Shown here: positions 26,626 through 36,837 of the stretch, in pieces | Position numbering within the stretch: position 1 is the stretch's first letter | How the letters are laid out: every line of letters begins with the position of its first letter | DNA from: an uncultured virus (IMG/VR IMGVR_UViG_3300045733_000484) | Taxonomy: Duplodnaviria; Heunggongvirae; Uroviricota; Caudoviricetes | IMG/VR virus record: IMGVR_UViG_3300045733_000484 | Length of the DNA: 64,000 nt | Strand: one strand, 5' to 3' | The notes under the pieces: model-generated | What the model was told of the DNA's origin: nothing | Seen by the model: the letters and a program-made list of their open reading frames with translations, nothing else | Databases searched by the model: none | Made by a program: the position numbers and the translations under genes

Positions 26626-27069
26626 ATGAAGAAGATAGATTTGAGAGAACATAAAGAGGGTATCGTTGCAGGAGATGGGATGTTGAGGGGAATAAGCCGT
26701 GGGATACCAATAGCTACGGACAGGATCAGTGAAGAGACTAAGAAGATATGGAGTAAGTATTGGATAGAGGGAGGTTTGAATGTTGTTCACAGGAACCATA
26801 TCACTTCTATGAACAAGGACAGGATAGGTCTTTTCAAGATGATCGTTGACAAGGTGTTAAAGAGGAGCATAGAGGGTACTGGTGGAATAAGGAAGGTACA
26901 TATTGAGGGTGTTAAGTGTCATTGGTTAGATGAGACTATGCACTACAACATTGGGGTTTTTCACACTAATGAGCTTGTTCCGTTTGTTATTGCTGAGAAG
27001 GGGTTAGATGAGGTAGACAGGTGGATCAAGAGGCCGGAAGTGGTATTAAAGGAAGAGTCAAGGAAGTGA
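26626..27069 (+). CDS. Hypothetical protein
   Basis: First ORF of the right arm. Confidence 0.6.
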   Translation: MKKIDLREHKEGIVAGDGMLRGISRGIPIATDRISEETKKIWSKYWIEGGLNVVHRNHITSMNKDRIGLFKMIVDKVLKRSIEGTGGIRKVHIEGVKCHWLDETMHYNIGVFHTNELVPFVIAEKGLDEVDRWIKRPEVVLKEESRK

Positions 27070-27092
27070 GTATTAACTAAAATATGTAAGTC

Positions 27093-27896
27093 ATGAATGA
27101 GTCTATTTTGAAGGTAAAGCAGTTAAGGACAGAAGTCAGTGTAGTCCTTGAGCAGTTGAATCAGTTTGGTACGGGAAGTCCTATCCTTGTGGAATGTCAG
27201 AGGTATGGACTGGAGGCCTTCTCGATGTTGGGGAAGGTTTTGGTATTTCTTGGGGAGCCAGATCCTTTTGATAAAGGGGAACCTACTGTCATTCCGGACT
27301 GGACTACAAAGAAGCCTGCCAAGATCACCGGCATACAGATAAGGAGTCTTAAGGTTCTGAGGACAGGCATACAGAAGATCATCTCTTCGAGTGTTTTCAA
27401 TCAGTTGTTGAATGGATTTATAGGTGTTGGTGAGCCGTATGTGAAGTATAACCAGTTGGATTGGTATTACACTATGGCATCGATGACGAATCTACTTATG
27501 ATGAAGAGTAAGCTTGAGACATATATGCAGACGTTATATTTCGCAGAGACGAAGGCAGAGAAAGATGCCAGGCATGCAGCAGAGAAAGTTGGTAAGCCGG
27601 CTGTTGTTATTCCTTTTACTGTTGATGCCTCGCATGATGAGATGATAAAATACCTTAAGGACAATAACATTCCTGTTTCGGATAGCATACCATCGAATGT
27701 ACTCACGGAGGTCTATAAGCACAAGATCTATCTTGCAGCTGTCACTGCAGAGAGGGATGTAAAGGCTAAGGAGTTGGATGCAGAGAGGAACCTGAAGACT
27801 AAGGAGCTTAAGGATGAGAGGACGTTAAAGGCAGAACAGCGCTTTGAGGATAACAGCAATACCCAGAGTGAACCTGCGTTAAGGCAAAAGCAGTAA
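27093..27896 (+). CDS. Hypothetical protein
   Basis: 267-aa ORF. Confidence 0.65.
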   Translation: MNESILKVKQLRTEVSVVLEQLNQFGTGSPILVECQRYGLEAFSMLGKVLVFLGEPDPFDKGEPTVIPDWTTKKPAKITGIQIRSLKVLRTGIQKIISSSVFNQLLNGFIGVGEPYVKYNQLDWYYTMASMTNLLMMKSKLETYMQTLYFAETKAEKDARHAAEKVGKPAVVIPFTVDASHDEMIKYLKDNNIPVSDSIPSNVLTEVYKHKIYLAAVTAERDVKAKELDAERNLKTKELKDERTLKAEQRFEDNSNTQSEPALRQKQ

Positions 27897-27899
27897 TCG

Positions 27900-28484
27900 A
27901 TGATTTTCTCTTTTGAAGACGGCAAGGTAACGGTCCTTCCGGAGGCTATGAATATTCCGGAGGTGAAGTCCGTCTATAAGCTTGACAAGATGGTAGGCAA
28001 GGAACATTTCCATCAGTGGATGACCTACATCTTTTATGTATACAGGCCAGGGGGTATTTATGAGAGTTTGTTCATGTCGGTGAGGAAGAGAACTGTCAGT
28101 GTGGCACAACTGGGAAAGGGAGAGGAGTACTGGCAGGAGATTGAGGCCAAGCTGGAGATACAAAAGCTAATAGAGTGGTATACGAATAACAGTATGAGTA
28201 AGGAAGAACAGTTACTCTACGAGTTGGATATCGACATAGACATGTATCTGAACTATCTGAAGAAGATATCTTATACAAAACAACAAGAGGTAAAGACGAA
28301 AGGACCAAAGGGTAAGATTATAACATCTTTCATTACTGTAGATAACTCAGATGAGAAGATGAAAGCCATAAAGAACAGTCGAGATCTTGTCTCCTACAGG
28401 AAGGAGCTTAAGAAACTTGTCAGGGAGACCGGTCAGAAGAAGAAGGCAGGAAAGACCTTCCGGACGAGACAATTTGAAACGTAA
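27900..28484 (+). CDS. crAss-like conserved protein, candidate terminase small subunit
   Basis: MIFSFEDGKV.V.PE...IP..K.VY..DK...YIFY N-terminus resembles genes found upstream of TerL in crAss-like phages. Confidence 0.45.
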   Translation: MIFSFEDGKVTVLPEAMNIPEVKSVYKLDKMVGKEHFHQWMTYIFYVYRPGGIYESLFMSVRKRTVSVAQLGKGEEYWQEIEAKLEIQKLIEWYTNNSMSKEEQLLYELDIDIDMYLNYLKKISYTKQQEVKTKGPKGKIITSFITVDNSDEKMKAIKNSRDLVSYRKELKKLVRETGQKKKAGKTFRTRQFET

Positions 28485-28495
28485 ATCTTTATGTT

Positions 28496-29140
28496 ATGGC
28501 AAAGAGTGAACCAAAATCTGGTGCAGCTGTAGACTCTTCGGGAAATATTGCAGTAGATCCTACAGCTAATGTGTTACAGTTAGTTGATGCAGCAGTAAGA
28601 AGAATTAATGATCTTCATGAACAGGAATTATTATTTGATGCGAAGATCAGAGATGTAGATATTAAGAGGGCAGATGATCTTAGAATTTCTACTATTGAGA
28701 GGATCAATGAAGCTTTAAATGATCATAAGGAGTTCAACAAGACTACTAATAATAATTTTCTTGTTTTTGCTGATAAGCTTTCACAGGAGAGGGAGTTAAG
28801 ACTGGCACAGAAGTTTGAGAGTCTTGACAGGGCAATACAGAAGGCAGATGCAGCTAATGAGAAGAGGTTTGAAAGTGTCAATGAGTTTCGAAGTACTCTT
28901 GCTGATCAACAGAGAACATTAATGTCAAGGATGGAATATAACTCTGCACATGAGAGTCTACAGACGTTACTTACTACAAACAATAAAACATTAAGTGATC
29001 AGATCATTGCACAGAAAGAGAGGATCGATAAACTTGATAATCTCAAACAGGGTGGCCAGAATCTATGGGTATTAATAGTTGGAATAGTAGCAATTGCTAC
29101 CAGTTTAGTATCATTCATTCTCGGACTCTTCGGTAAATAA
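28496..29140 (+). CDS. Coiled-coil protein with C-terminal TM helix
   Basis: A.EKRFESVNEFR..L.DQ motif and hydrophobic C-terminus; lysis-region context. Confidence 0.6.
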   Translation: MAKSEPKSGAAVDSSGNIAVDPTANVLQLVDAAVRRINDLHEQELLFDAKIRDVDIKRADDLRISTIERINEALNDHKEFNKTTNNNFLVFADKLSQERELRLAQKFESLDRAIQKADAANEKRFESVNEFRSTLADQQRTLMSRMEYNSAHESLQTLLTTNNKTLSDQIIAQKERIDKLDNLKQGGQNLWVLIVGIVAIATSLVSFILGLFGK

Positions 29141-29149
29141 AAAAAGGTG

Positions 29150-29157
29150 TATATTTG
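29150..29157 (+). promoter_or_regulatory. Bacteroidota-type -7 promoter box
   Basis: Intergenic TATATTTG upstream of the ORF at 29193. Confidence 0.5.
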
Positions 29158-29192
29158 TATTTAATTATTGTAAATAACTAAAAATAAATGAA

Positions 29193-29786
29193 ATGAAAAA
29201 ACTAATCTTCTTACTTGTTACGTTATTGTTTGCTGCATGCGGACCAAAGACGTCATGTGTACTTGCACAGTTTCCCCCACAGATAGTATATGCTGGTGCG
29301 GGATGTACAGCTCCACTTCCTAATTATGTTCCCCGGGCAGTTGTCACTGGAGGGTGTACAGGGTTTGTTGTCACTCAGACGCCGGCGGCAGGTACTATGC
29401 TTACATCAACGAATAAGACTATCAGTGTTATTCTAAAGGCGACAGGAACGAATGGAAAGACTTCCCAGGTAACGTTTGTGGTGAACCTTGCAGATACTAT
29501 TACTCCAAGGATATCTACATTAACGCCACTTGCTTTTGCGGATACACTGGTTAAGAAGAGTAATGATCTATATGATATAGCGGATAGGATGGTAGGTAAT
29601 CTGGAACATATGTTTAATGCTACCTTTCCCTTTGATCAACATCCGGGAGTCATTGCACAGAATGAATATCATAATAGGATGCTTGTCACTGTCTCTATGG
29701 ATGACTCAACGAATTTTTCACGAAAACGATTTGCGACATATATGGATAGTCTTAGGCTTGACTGGGACTTTGTAATGACTCCATAA
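29193..29786 (+). CDS. Lipoprotein with HYR/Ig-like domain
   Basis: LFAAC lipobox; C.A.LP.Y...VTQTP.AGT...A...NG...F.V...DT..P.I. Confidence 0.6.
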   Translation: MKKLIFLLVTLLFAACGPKTSCVLAQFPPQIVYAGAGCTAPLPNYVPRAVVTGGCTGFVVTQTPAAGTMLTSTNKTISVILKATGTNGKTSQVTFVVNLADTITPRISTLTPLAFADTLVKKSNDLYDIADRMVGNLEHMFNATFPFDQHPGVIAQNEYHNRMLVTVSMDDSTNFSRKRFATYMDSLRLDWDFVMTP

Positions 29787-30235
29787 TGCCGGCCTTCAGT
29801 AAAATATCACTTGAACGTCTTGCCGTTTGTCAGAAGGACCTGATTACACTCTTTACGATGGTAGTCAGGTTCTATGATTGTACGGTGGTAGACTCTTATA
29901 GGACAAAGATGCAACAAGAGAGGGCCTTTAACAATGGCCTATCAAAGGTTCATTATCCTTCATATCATAACTGTCAACCAGTGTTTGCTGTAGACGTGGC
30001 GCCATATGAGATGAACCATATCGATTGGGATCCTAAGCAGTGTTTATATTTTAATGGGTTTGTGATGGGTATTGCTGCGAACCTATTTGCAGATAAGTTG
30101 ATTACACATCAGATCTTTACAGGTATGGATTGGGATTCTGATCATGATATCAATGATACCAAGTTTGTTGATGCAGTTCATTTCTTCATAAAGCCTATAC
30201 CGCCAGAGGTGATGAACTTTGTTCCAGGGATTTAG
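29786..30235 (+). CDS. Endolysin, M15 (L-Ala-D-Glu) peptidase
   Basis: FSKISLERL...YRT...Q...SK....S.HN....AVDVAPY...G.DWD...FVD.VHF. Confidence 0.85.
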   Translation: MPAFSKISLERLAVCQKDLITLFTMVVRFYDCTVVDSYRTKMQQERAFNNGLSKVHYPSYHNCQPVFAVDVAPYEMNHIDWDPKQCLYFNGFVMGIAANLFADKLITHQIFTGMDWDSDHDINDTKFVDAVHFFIKPIPPEVMNFVPGI

Positions 30236-30258
30236 TATTCATTTAATAATTACAATCA

Positions 30259-30453
30259 ATGAAATTTTTAATTCACAAGACAAGACGTAAACAACCTTGG
30301 TACTATACTCTGGTTGCAAACAACAATGAAGTCTTAATGACTTCAGAGAATTTCAATAACAGGGATGACATTATTGATTCTATAGCATCAATAAAGTCAG
30401 GTGTTTTAGAAGCATCTATAGAGGATGCACCAATTAAGTCACGTAAAAAATAA
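30259..30453 (+). CDS. YegP/DUF1508-family protein
   Basis: KF.I.K....WYYTLVA.NNEVL.TSE.F. Confidence 0.8.
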   Translation: MKFLIHKTRRKQPWYYTLVANNNEVLMTSENFNNRDDIIDSIASIKSGVLEASIEDAPIKSRKK

Positions 30454-30457
30454 AGTT

Positions 30458-30982
30458 ATGAAAAAGTTCATTAGTTTTTTAAGTTTGTTTCTGTTGATCT
30501 TCGGACTCGGAACAACTCTGAGTGCACAGGTAGATTCTACAGGTATTGTTATTCCTCCTGTTGGAGAAGGTTTTGGTTTTGGTTCCCTGGTAGCGATATC
30601 TGGAATAACTATTTTTCTTACAGCATTACTGAATAAGATCTTTAAGGTAGTAGCACCACTCTGGAAACAGGTTATCTCGTGGGTAATATCTATAGCGATC
30701 GTAGGAGCGGCGAATCTTCTTAATATTGGTTTCGCGGCAGATTTTACTTTGGTGACTACTTTCCTTTATGGACTCGCGAATGGACTATTAAGCAATGGAG
30801 TATTTGACCTATCATTTATAAGACTACTTCTTAGCTTCTTTAAACTTACCGATCAACCAATTGCAATAGTAGAACCGGCTACTGCAAATATCATTGAAGT
30901 GGCAAAGTCAACTCCTATTGAAAAGAAGTCTAATCCCAGGATATCAGGTGATGGCAGGGTAAAAGGAAATTTCGAAACATAA
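30458..30982 (+). CDS. Putative holin / membrane protein
   Basis: Several TM helices, KQVISW and GL.SNGVFD motifs, near the endolysin. Confidence 0.6.
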   Translation: MKKFISFLSLFLLIFGLGTTLSAQVDSTGIVIPPVGEGFGFGSLVAISGITIFLTALLNKIFKVVAPLWKQVISWVISIAIVGAANLLNIGFAADFTLVTTFLYGLANGLLSNGVFDLSFIRLLLSFFKLTDQPIAIVEPATANIIEVAKSTPIEKKSNPRISGDGRVKGNFET

Positions 30983-30987
30983 AAACT

Positions 30988-31078
30988 ATCTTGAGTAATT
31001 CCCGGGAATTGTTATTAAGTAGCATTCATAGCAATACAACTGCAGCATCTTTTGTTAAAATCCCGGGAACCTCAAGAT
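30988..31078. other. Intergenic long stem-loop with palindromic CCCGGG arms
   Basis: ATCTTGAG..TTCCCGGGA pairs with TCCCGGGAA.CTCAAGAT; contains the perfect palindrome AATTCCCGGGAATT (30997-31010). Confidence 0.55.
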
Positions 31079-31085
31079 CCTTACT

Positions 31086-31823
31086 ATGGAAGCAACCCCA
31101 TTTTCCGTATGGTTCAAACAGAACATCGGTTGGATAAAGACAGTAGCTATACTGCTCTTGATAGGATTTCTAATCCTTGCCTTTACAAATATTGGATGTA
31201 CACGTACCGAGCGTGATAAGTTCATCCAGCAGACAACAATTCTTCATCTTCAGAACGATTCTCTTTCAGCACAGAATACCATATTGAAACAATCTCTTGT
31301 AGTCTCTGATAGTGATAAGGTCAAGTATGAAGATCGTATTGTTATTATCAATCATAGTAGTGACTCACTGAAGAAAGTAATAAGAAAGATAAGAAACAAC
31401 TTGGACAGTGTTTCTTATTTCATCAGTAAGGAAAAGACTAATGATGTATATAAGTTCCTTACACAGGGAGTATATCCGGATACCGGTAGAGCTATATATC
31501 CTTTTACTGAGAAACAGATACGACTTATTGATGAGACGTACCTTAAGAAAGCATCTCTGGAAAATATCACTGCATTACTGGATAAGGATATGAATAATCT
31601 ACTTGCTGTCATACAGACTAAGGATTCTCTTATCACATCATACAAACAATCGTCATTTAATCTTTTGATTCAGAATGTAAACCTTGCTGAGGTTATTGAG
31701 AATAAGGATAAGGAGATAGTGTTATATCAGAAGCAGGAGAAGAGGTATAACCGTAATGGTATCATCTGGAAGGTATCTACAGGAGTTGCGACAGTCGTTG
31801 CATTTATTTTTGCATTTAAATAA
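31086..31823 (+). CDS. Spanin-like coiled-coil membrane protein
   Basis: N-terminal TM, long coiled coil, C-terminal hydrophobic tail; lysis cluster. Confidence 0.5.
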   Translation: MEATPFSVWFKQNIGWIKTVAILLLIGFLILAFTNIGCTRTERDKFIQQTTILHLQNDSLSAQNTILKQSLVVSDSDKVKYEDRIVIINHSSDSLKKVIRKIRNNLDSVSYFISKEKTNDVYKFLTQGVYPDTGRAIYPFTEKQIRLIDETYLKKASLENITALLDKDMNNLLAVIQTKDSLITSYKQSSFNLLIQNVNLAEVIENKDKEIVLYQKQEKRYNRNGIIWKVSTGVATVVAFIFAFK

Positions 31824-31832
31824 CTAAATATT

Positions 31833-32084
31833 ATGACACCAACATTAGGAAGAATAGTGTTATATCACACTACAGAAAAGCAGAGGACTGACATGAAGAA
31901 CAGTCCCAATTGTAATGAAACTGAATTACTGCCAGCAGTGGTAGTAGCTGTATGGGGACCAACAACCTTAAACCTGAAGGTCATAAGAGATGGTGAAGGG
32001 GAACTTTGGGTTACTTCAGTTCTGGAAGGAGAACATGAAGGAAACTGGGAGTGGCCAAGGATTGAAAGTAAACCATTAATCTAA
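31833..32084 (+). CDS. Phage hypothetical protein
   Basis: PTLGRIVLY...PAVVVAVW...NLKV..DG...W.TS...W.WP. Confidence 0.7.
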   Translation: MTPTLGRIVLYHTTEKQRTDMKNSPNCNETELLPAVVVAVWGPTTLNLKVIRDGEGELWVTSVLEGEHEGNWEWPRIESKPLI

Positions 32085-32089
32085 AGATC

Positions 32090-32209
32090 ATGGTATTTAA
32101 GAAAAAAGTATCTACGAAAAAAAAGACGAAAGCTAAAAAGTCTAAGACTAAAAAAGCTTCGTCATCTGGCATGATGAAAAAGCCAATGATGAAAAAACCT
32201 ATGATGTAA
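32090..32209 (+). CDS. Small Lys/Met-rich basic peptide (39 aa)
   Basis: Hand-translated MVFKKKVSTKKKTKAKKSKTKKASSSGMMKKPMMKKPMM; TAATG-coupled to the next ORF. Confidence 0.6.
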   Translation: MVFKKKVSTKKKTKAKKSKTKKASSSGMMKKPMMKKPMM

Positions 32210-32361
32210 TGGGTAAGAAATGGATACAGAAGGCAAATAAAAGTATCGCAAGACGTGGTACTAAAGGCAAGTGTACTCCAATGTCTAAGCCAGGATGTAC
32301 AGGACGAGCAAGAGCTCTTGCCAAAACGTTTCATAAGATGGCCCGTAACAGAAAGAAATAA
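32209..32361 (+). CDS. Small basic protein (50 aa)
   Basis: Hand-translated MGKKWIQKANKSIARRGTKGKCTPMSKPGCTGRARALAKTFHKMARNRKK; TAATG-coupled to TerL. Confidence 0.65.
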   Translation: MGKKWIQKANKSIARRGTKGKCTPMSKPGCTGRARALAKTFHKMARNRKK

Positions 32362-34277
32362 TGTTTAGAGAAGTCAGTAAGTGGTCCCCGGTAGTCAGTG
32401 AAGGAATCCCTCCAAGAGACTCTATGTATTATGAGAGCTTCTGGAGTGACAACAGGGAACTGATAATGGATGGGTATTCGGTGGGTAATGAGAAGATCAC
32501 CGGAGATCACTACTGGTATCTCAATTTTTGGAAGATTCGCGGTATGAACCAGGCTACCGGAAGGAAGGAGATTATCTTTCCAAGGTTCATAGATCTTGAT
32601 CATGAATATTATCATATTCTACAGAAGGCCCGGGATCTATCAAAAAACTTAGTTGTTGTCAAAGGAAGACAACAGGGATATACTGAGAAACATGCAGCCA
32701 TAGGAGGTAAGGAATTTACCTTCTTTAAAGCATCACAGTCAGTCTTTGTGGCCGGCCTTGAGTTCTATTCAGACATGTTGTTCAACTCATGTCTGAGGGG
32801 TCTGGGAGACCTGTACGACACAGAATATTATAAGAGACGCTTTCCGGATAGTTCAGACTATTTACGGGCAGCGTTTTTTGATGATTTAGAAGATGAAGAC
32901 GGAAACATTACAAAAGTTCTTAAAGGTTACCTTTCTGAGGTATATAAGATTACTGCTAAGAATAATCCACAAGCTGTATCCTCGAGGTCCCCCTCGTTTA
33001 TAGTCTTTGAAGAGAGTGGAGTATTTCCTGGTGTCATACAGACTTACGGATTCGTAAAACCTTCTATGTGGAGTGAGAATAAGAAAACCGGTATGGCAAT
33101 CTTCGTTGGTACTGGTGGACTCATGGGACAGGGAGCAGAAGAGCTCGAGTATATCTTCTATAATCCTGACGAGTTTGACTGTCTAACATTTGATCTTTTT
33201 CAGTTTGATAAGAGTGTTGCCAAGGGAACAAAAAGTGTAGGATTCTTTTCTTCTTCAGCAAAATATCATATCATCGACTCAGATGGTAATTCCTTGATAG
33301 ATCTTTCTACCAAGGACCGGTTATCTACCAGAGAGAAAGAGAAAGGTAAGATGAAGGAGTATCATGAGATCACTCAGCATCCACTTATTCCTTCAGAGTC
33401 TTTCATGATACAGGGTGGAGGATTCTTTGGTCCACAGGTAGCGATGTTATTAAATCGTAGAAAGACAAGGTTAAACCAGGAACCATTACTTACTGAGTTT
33501 GTGGAATATGGTAAACTTGACTGGGTATATGATGATCATGGAAATGTTATTGATGTTAAATGGATCAATGATGATGGTGGAAACATTATGATCATGGAGC
33601 ATCCTGAGTGGAGAAAGAACACTCCGGATGGTGAGTCAGGTCCAATCATTGATAATATGTATAAGGCAGGTACTGACTCTTATGATAAGGATGAAGCCAA
33701 TACATCTACATCAAAAGGTAGTACACATATATACAAAGGGTTTGTGAATATGAATTACACAAACAGGTTTTTTGTTGCAAGACTTATAGAGAGGCCGGAA
33801 GAGGCAGAGATGTTCTATGAGAATTCAACAAAACTTTGTTACTATTATAATGCCAGGAACCTTATAGAGTTTTCGAACATAAGGATCTTCGACTGGATAA
33901 AGAAGAATGGTTTTGAATATCTTCTAAGGGAACGTCCAGAGTTCGTACTGGCTTCCTGGGTAAAGCAAAGCAAGGTAGATAACCGTTACGGTATTGACCC
34001 GAGCACAAAGATCTTCTGGTTGGGACTTCTTAAAAAGATGTTACTCGATCCATTTTTTGTTGACCATATGTATGATATTGAACAGATCAATGCTTTTTTA
34101 AAGTTCAAGTTAGATCCGAAATATAATTGCGATATAACAATATCATCAGCGTTATGCGCTGTACAAGAGCAGGAAGATAAAGAGATAATTACTAATGAAC
34201 CGGTTAAGGAACAGATCCGTAGACCTATGATGCGATATAAGACTGTTAACGGCCGTATGGTAAAAATGATAGACTAA
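32361..34277 (+). CDS. terL: Terminase large subunit
   Basis: ITG.HYWYLNF, KGRQQGYT Walker A, FEESG Walker B, GTGG, AGTDSYD nuclease motif. Confidence 0.92.
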   Translation: MFREVSKWSPVVSEGIPPRDSMYYESFWSDNRELIMDGYSVGNEKITGDHYWYLNFWKIRGMNQATGRKEIIFPRFIDLDHEYYHILQKARDLSKNLVVVKGRQQGYTEKHAAIGGKEFTFFKASQSVFVAGLEFYSDMLFNSCLRGLGDLYDTEYYKRRFPDSSDYLRAAFFDDLEDEDGNITKVLKGYLSEVYKITAKNNPQAVSSRSPSFIVFEESGVFPGVIQTYGFVKPSMWSENKKTGMAIFVGTGGLMGQGAEELEYIFYNPDEFDCLTFDLFQFDKSVAKGTKSVGFFSSSAKYHIIDSDGNSLIDLSTKDRLSTREKEKGKMKEYHEITQHPLIPSESFMIQGGGFFGPQVAMLLNRRKTRLNQEPLLTEFVEYGKLDWVYDDHGNVIDVKWINDDGGNIMIMEHPEWRKNTPDGESGPIIDNMYKAGTDSYDKDEANTSTSKGSTHIYKGFVNMNYTNRFFVARLIERPEEAEMFYENSTKLCYYYNARNLIEFSNIRIFDWIKKNGFEYLLRERPEFVLASWVKQSKVDNRYGIDPSTKIFWLGLLKKMLLDPFFVDHMYDIEQINAFLKFKLDPKYNCDITISSALCAVQEQEDKEIITNEPVKEQIRRPMMRYKTVNGRMVKMID

Positions 34278-36820
34278 TGGAAAGCAAAGCTGGACCATTA
34301 CAATTCAATCCACCAGTCAAAGACAAGAAGTGGATGGAGAGCATAGTAAAGAACATTACTATGTTATGTGGTACCTCGGAACATGAAAAACAGAAGGACC
34401 TGTTATGCCAGAGATATTTCGATGGAAAGATCGATGAGAGTTCCTTCGATTATCTAAGAAAGATCGATGACTATGAGATGCCGGCACATGTAAGGCATAT
34501 ACCTATCGTAAGACAAAACCTTAATCATCTTATCAGTCAGGAGACGCGTCGTGCATTTAACTTTCGAGCATATGCCGTTGATGAAGATTCTCTTCGATTC
34601 AAGTTAAAGAAACGTGCAGAGGACTTTATCAATATTGTTGATAACAACCTGGAGAGGAAGTTCTTTGCCATGCAGGCTCAACAGAGCATGATGGATCAGA
34701 AGAAACAACAGATACAACAACTCATGCAGCGCCAGCCTCAGAATGCTCAGGAAGAGGCTCAGATAAAAGCTCTTCAACAGGCATATCCTCTTCTTATTGC
34801 AGAGATGAGCATGAACGAGAAAGCTCTTGAGAGAGAGACTTTTATAACAAAATCTGAGATCGATAATCTTGATATATATTATAAGTTCGACTATTGCGAC
34901 TTCGTGGAACTTAAAGCAAACTCTATACTTAAGTTTGGAGCTAAGGCTTCAGATATTGGTATAGCCATGCAGAAGAAGGCAGGGTTTACTGATAAGCTTG
35001 TGATGGGAAAAGAGTTATATTTTGTTGATCTTATTGAAGGAAATAAGTATCCTGTCTTCAAAAGACTTCATCCATATAATGTTTTCTGGTCTGGTGACGG
35101 AGATAACGAGTGGGTACAGGATGGTCAGTGGGTAGCAATAAAATATCGTATGAGTCCATCATCTATTATCGACTGGTTTGGATCTGGTCTTACTCCTGAG
35201 ATAAAAAAGAAACTCGAAGGAATAAGTACTCTGATAGACTATGGGAACCTTCAGACGAGTATGAACAATGGAGCAATATTCACTGACAGAAGAGACTCAA
35301 ATCTATACGGAGGATCTAAACTGAATACCGGTATTGAGACATGGTTCGTGTTCTGGAAGTCTTCCCGGGAGATAAAGGTAAAATATACTCCAAACAAATA
35401 TATGCCAGGTAGTCATCATAAGCATTTCTTTGATGAGGGGGAACCAGTATCTTTCGATCCAAAGAAAGGTGAAGAAGTACAATCCAGGTATATCAATGAT
35501 GTATATGGTGGAATACAGATAGGAAATGACATATTCATAAATCTTGAAAGACGCAATGTACAACTTCGTAATGAGAATGATTATACTGTTTCTCTTCCTG
35601 TATATGGTCTATCGTTTAATGGTCTCGATAATCCATATTCTCTTATATGGGCTACGAAAGATATTCAGGAACTTTCTAACATCATTCATTATCACAGGGA
35701 ACTGATGCTCGCACTCGCGGGAGTAAAAGGAGTGGTTATGGATCTTGCTCAGAAACCTGACGACATGACAGAGAAGGAGTGGTTATACTATAGGAAGCAA
35801 GGTGTTACTTTTATCAATTCCCTTCAGAGGAGACATGGAAGGTTTCCTACATTTAACCAGTTTCAGACATATGACGACACGTTATCTTCTTCCATACAGT
35901 ATCTCGATAATATACTTCTTTCTCTTCAGAGACTGGTGGATGAGATTACAGGTGTGTCATATCAGAGGAAAGGAGTTACTGTTCCTACTGACCAGGTTGG
36001 AACGAGTAAGAGTGCCGTGGCACAGAGCATGCTTACTACTGAGGTATTATATTTCGAACACGACGAAACAGTACGAAGGGCTCTTGAGGGATGGGTAAAC
36101 CTTACAAAAGCTTCTCTTGAACAGGGAGATCTTGTCTCATACGACTCTGGTGGTGGAGGAAGGGAAGTGGTAAATATCCCTGCAGGTATCTTCAAAGATA
36201 AATATTTCTCTATCGGTGTAGAGAATTCTGCAAAAGATGAAGAAGGTATTGAGAACCTTCGTCAGATATCTCTACAGGCATTTGCCAGAGGGCAGATGGC
36301 TCTACGTGAGGTTGTGAAGGTATACTCTATAGATAACCTGTTACTTCTACAGAAGACCATTGACGACTATGCAGAAAAAGCTGAAGCTGCCAATGCTCAG
36401 ATGGAAAGTAATAAGATTGCCGGGGAAAGCCAGGCCAAGATGGATGCTCTTAAGTTTGAAAAGGAATATGACAAGGCTATCAATGATACCAATGTACAAC
36501 TTAAGCAACTGGAACTTCAGATTAAACAGGCAGATCTGGAACTTAAGAATCGTGAAGTTACATTGAAAGAATATGTTGAGAAAGCTAATCTTAAGATACA
36601 GGATAAGAAGGTTGATGAAGAGAGTATGGTAGAGATGAACTACCTGTCAGAACAGAACAGGGCTGCACGTACAGAGGAACTACTTAAGAGTATAGAGATA
36701 AGGATACAGGCAGTACTCGATGCTCATGATATGACAAGTACTCATCAGAGGGAATCCAGGAAGATCGATGTAGAAGACTATAAGGCTCATCATGCCGGGA
36801 AAGTAAATATTAAAGACTAA
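34277..36820 (+). CDS. Portal protein
   Basis: 847 aa directly after TerL; PAHVRHIPI and ITGVS.QRKG motifs, coiled-coil C-terminus; crAss-like synteny. Confidence 0.85.
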   Translation: MESKAGPLQFNPPVKDKKWMESIVKNITMLCGTSEHEKQKDLLCQRYFDGKIDESSFDYLRKIDDYEMPAHVRHIPIVRQNLNHLISQETRRAFNFRAYAVDEDSLRFKLKKRAEDFINIVDNNLERKFFAMQAQQSMMDQKKQQIQQLMQRQPQNAQEEAQIKALQQAYPLLIAEMSMNEKALERETFITKSEIDNLDIYYKFDYCDFVELKANSILKFGAKASDIGIAMQKKAGFTDKLVMGKELYFVDLIEGNKYPVFKRLHPYNVFWSGDGDNEWVQDGQWVAIKYRMSPSSIIDWFGSGLTPEIKKKLEGISTLIDYGNLQTSMNNGAIFTDRRDSNLYGGSKLNTGIETWFVFWKSSREIKVKYTPNKYMPGSHHKHFFDEGEPVSFDPKKGEEVQSRYINDVYGGIQIGNDIFINLERRNVQLRNENDYTVSLPVYGLSFNGLDNPYSLIWATKDIQELSNIIHYHRELMLALAGVKGVVMDLAQKPDDMTEKEWLYYRKQGVTFINSLQRRHGRFPTFNQFQTYDDTLSSSIQYLDNILLSLQRLVDEITGVSYQRKGVTVPTDQVGTSKSAVAQSMLTTEVLYFEHDETVRRALEGWVNLTKASLEQGDLVSYDSGGGGREVVNIPAGIFKDKYFSIGVENSAKDEEGIENLRQISLQAFARGQMALREVVKVYSIDNLLLLQKTIDDYAEKAEAANAQMESNKIAGESQAKMDALKFEKEYDKAINDTNVQLKQLELQIKQADLELKNREVTLKEYVEKANLKIQDKKVDEESMVEMNYLSEQNRAARTEELLKSIEIRIQAVLDAHDMTSTHQRESRKIDVEDYKAHHAGKVNIKD

Positions 36821-36837
36821 CAATTAAATTAAACATC

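Noticed and set aside
27760..27835. Imperfect tandem repeat (AERDVKAKELD/AERNLKTKELK)
   Set aside because: Ordinary in-frame coiled-coil repeat inside a CDS.
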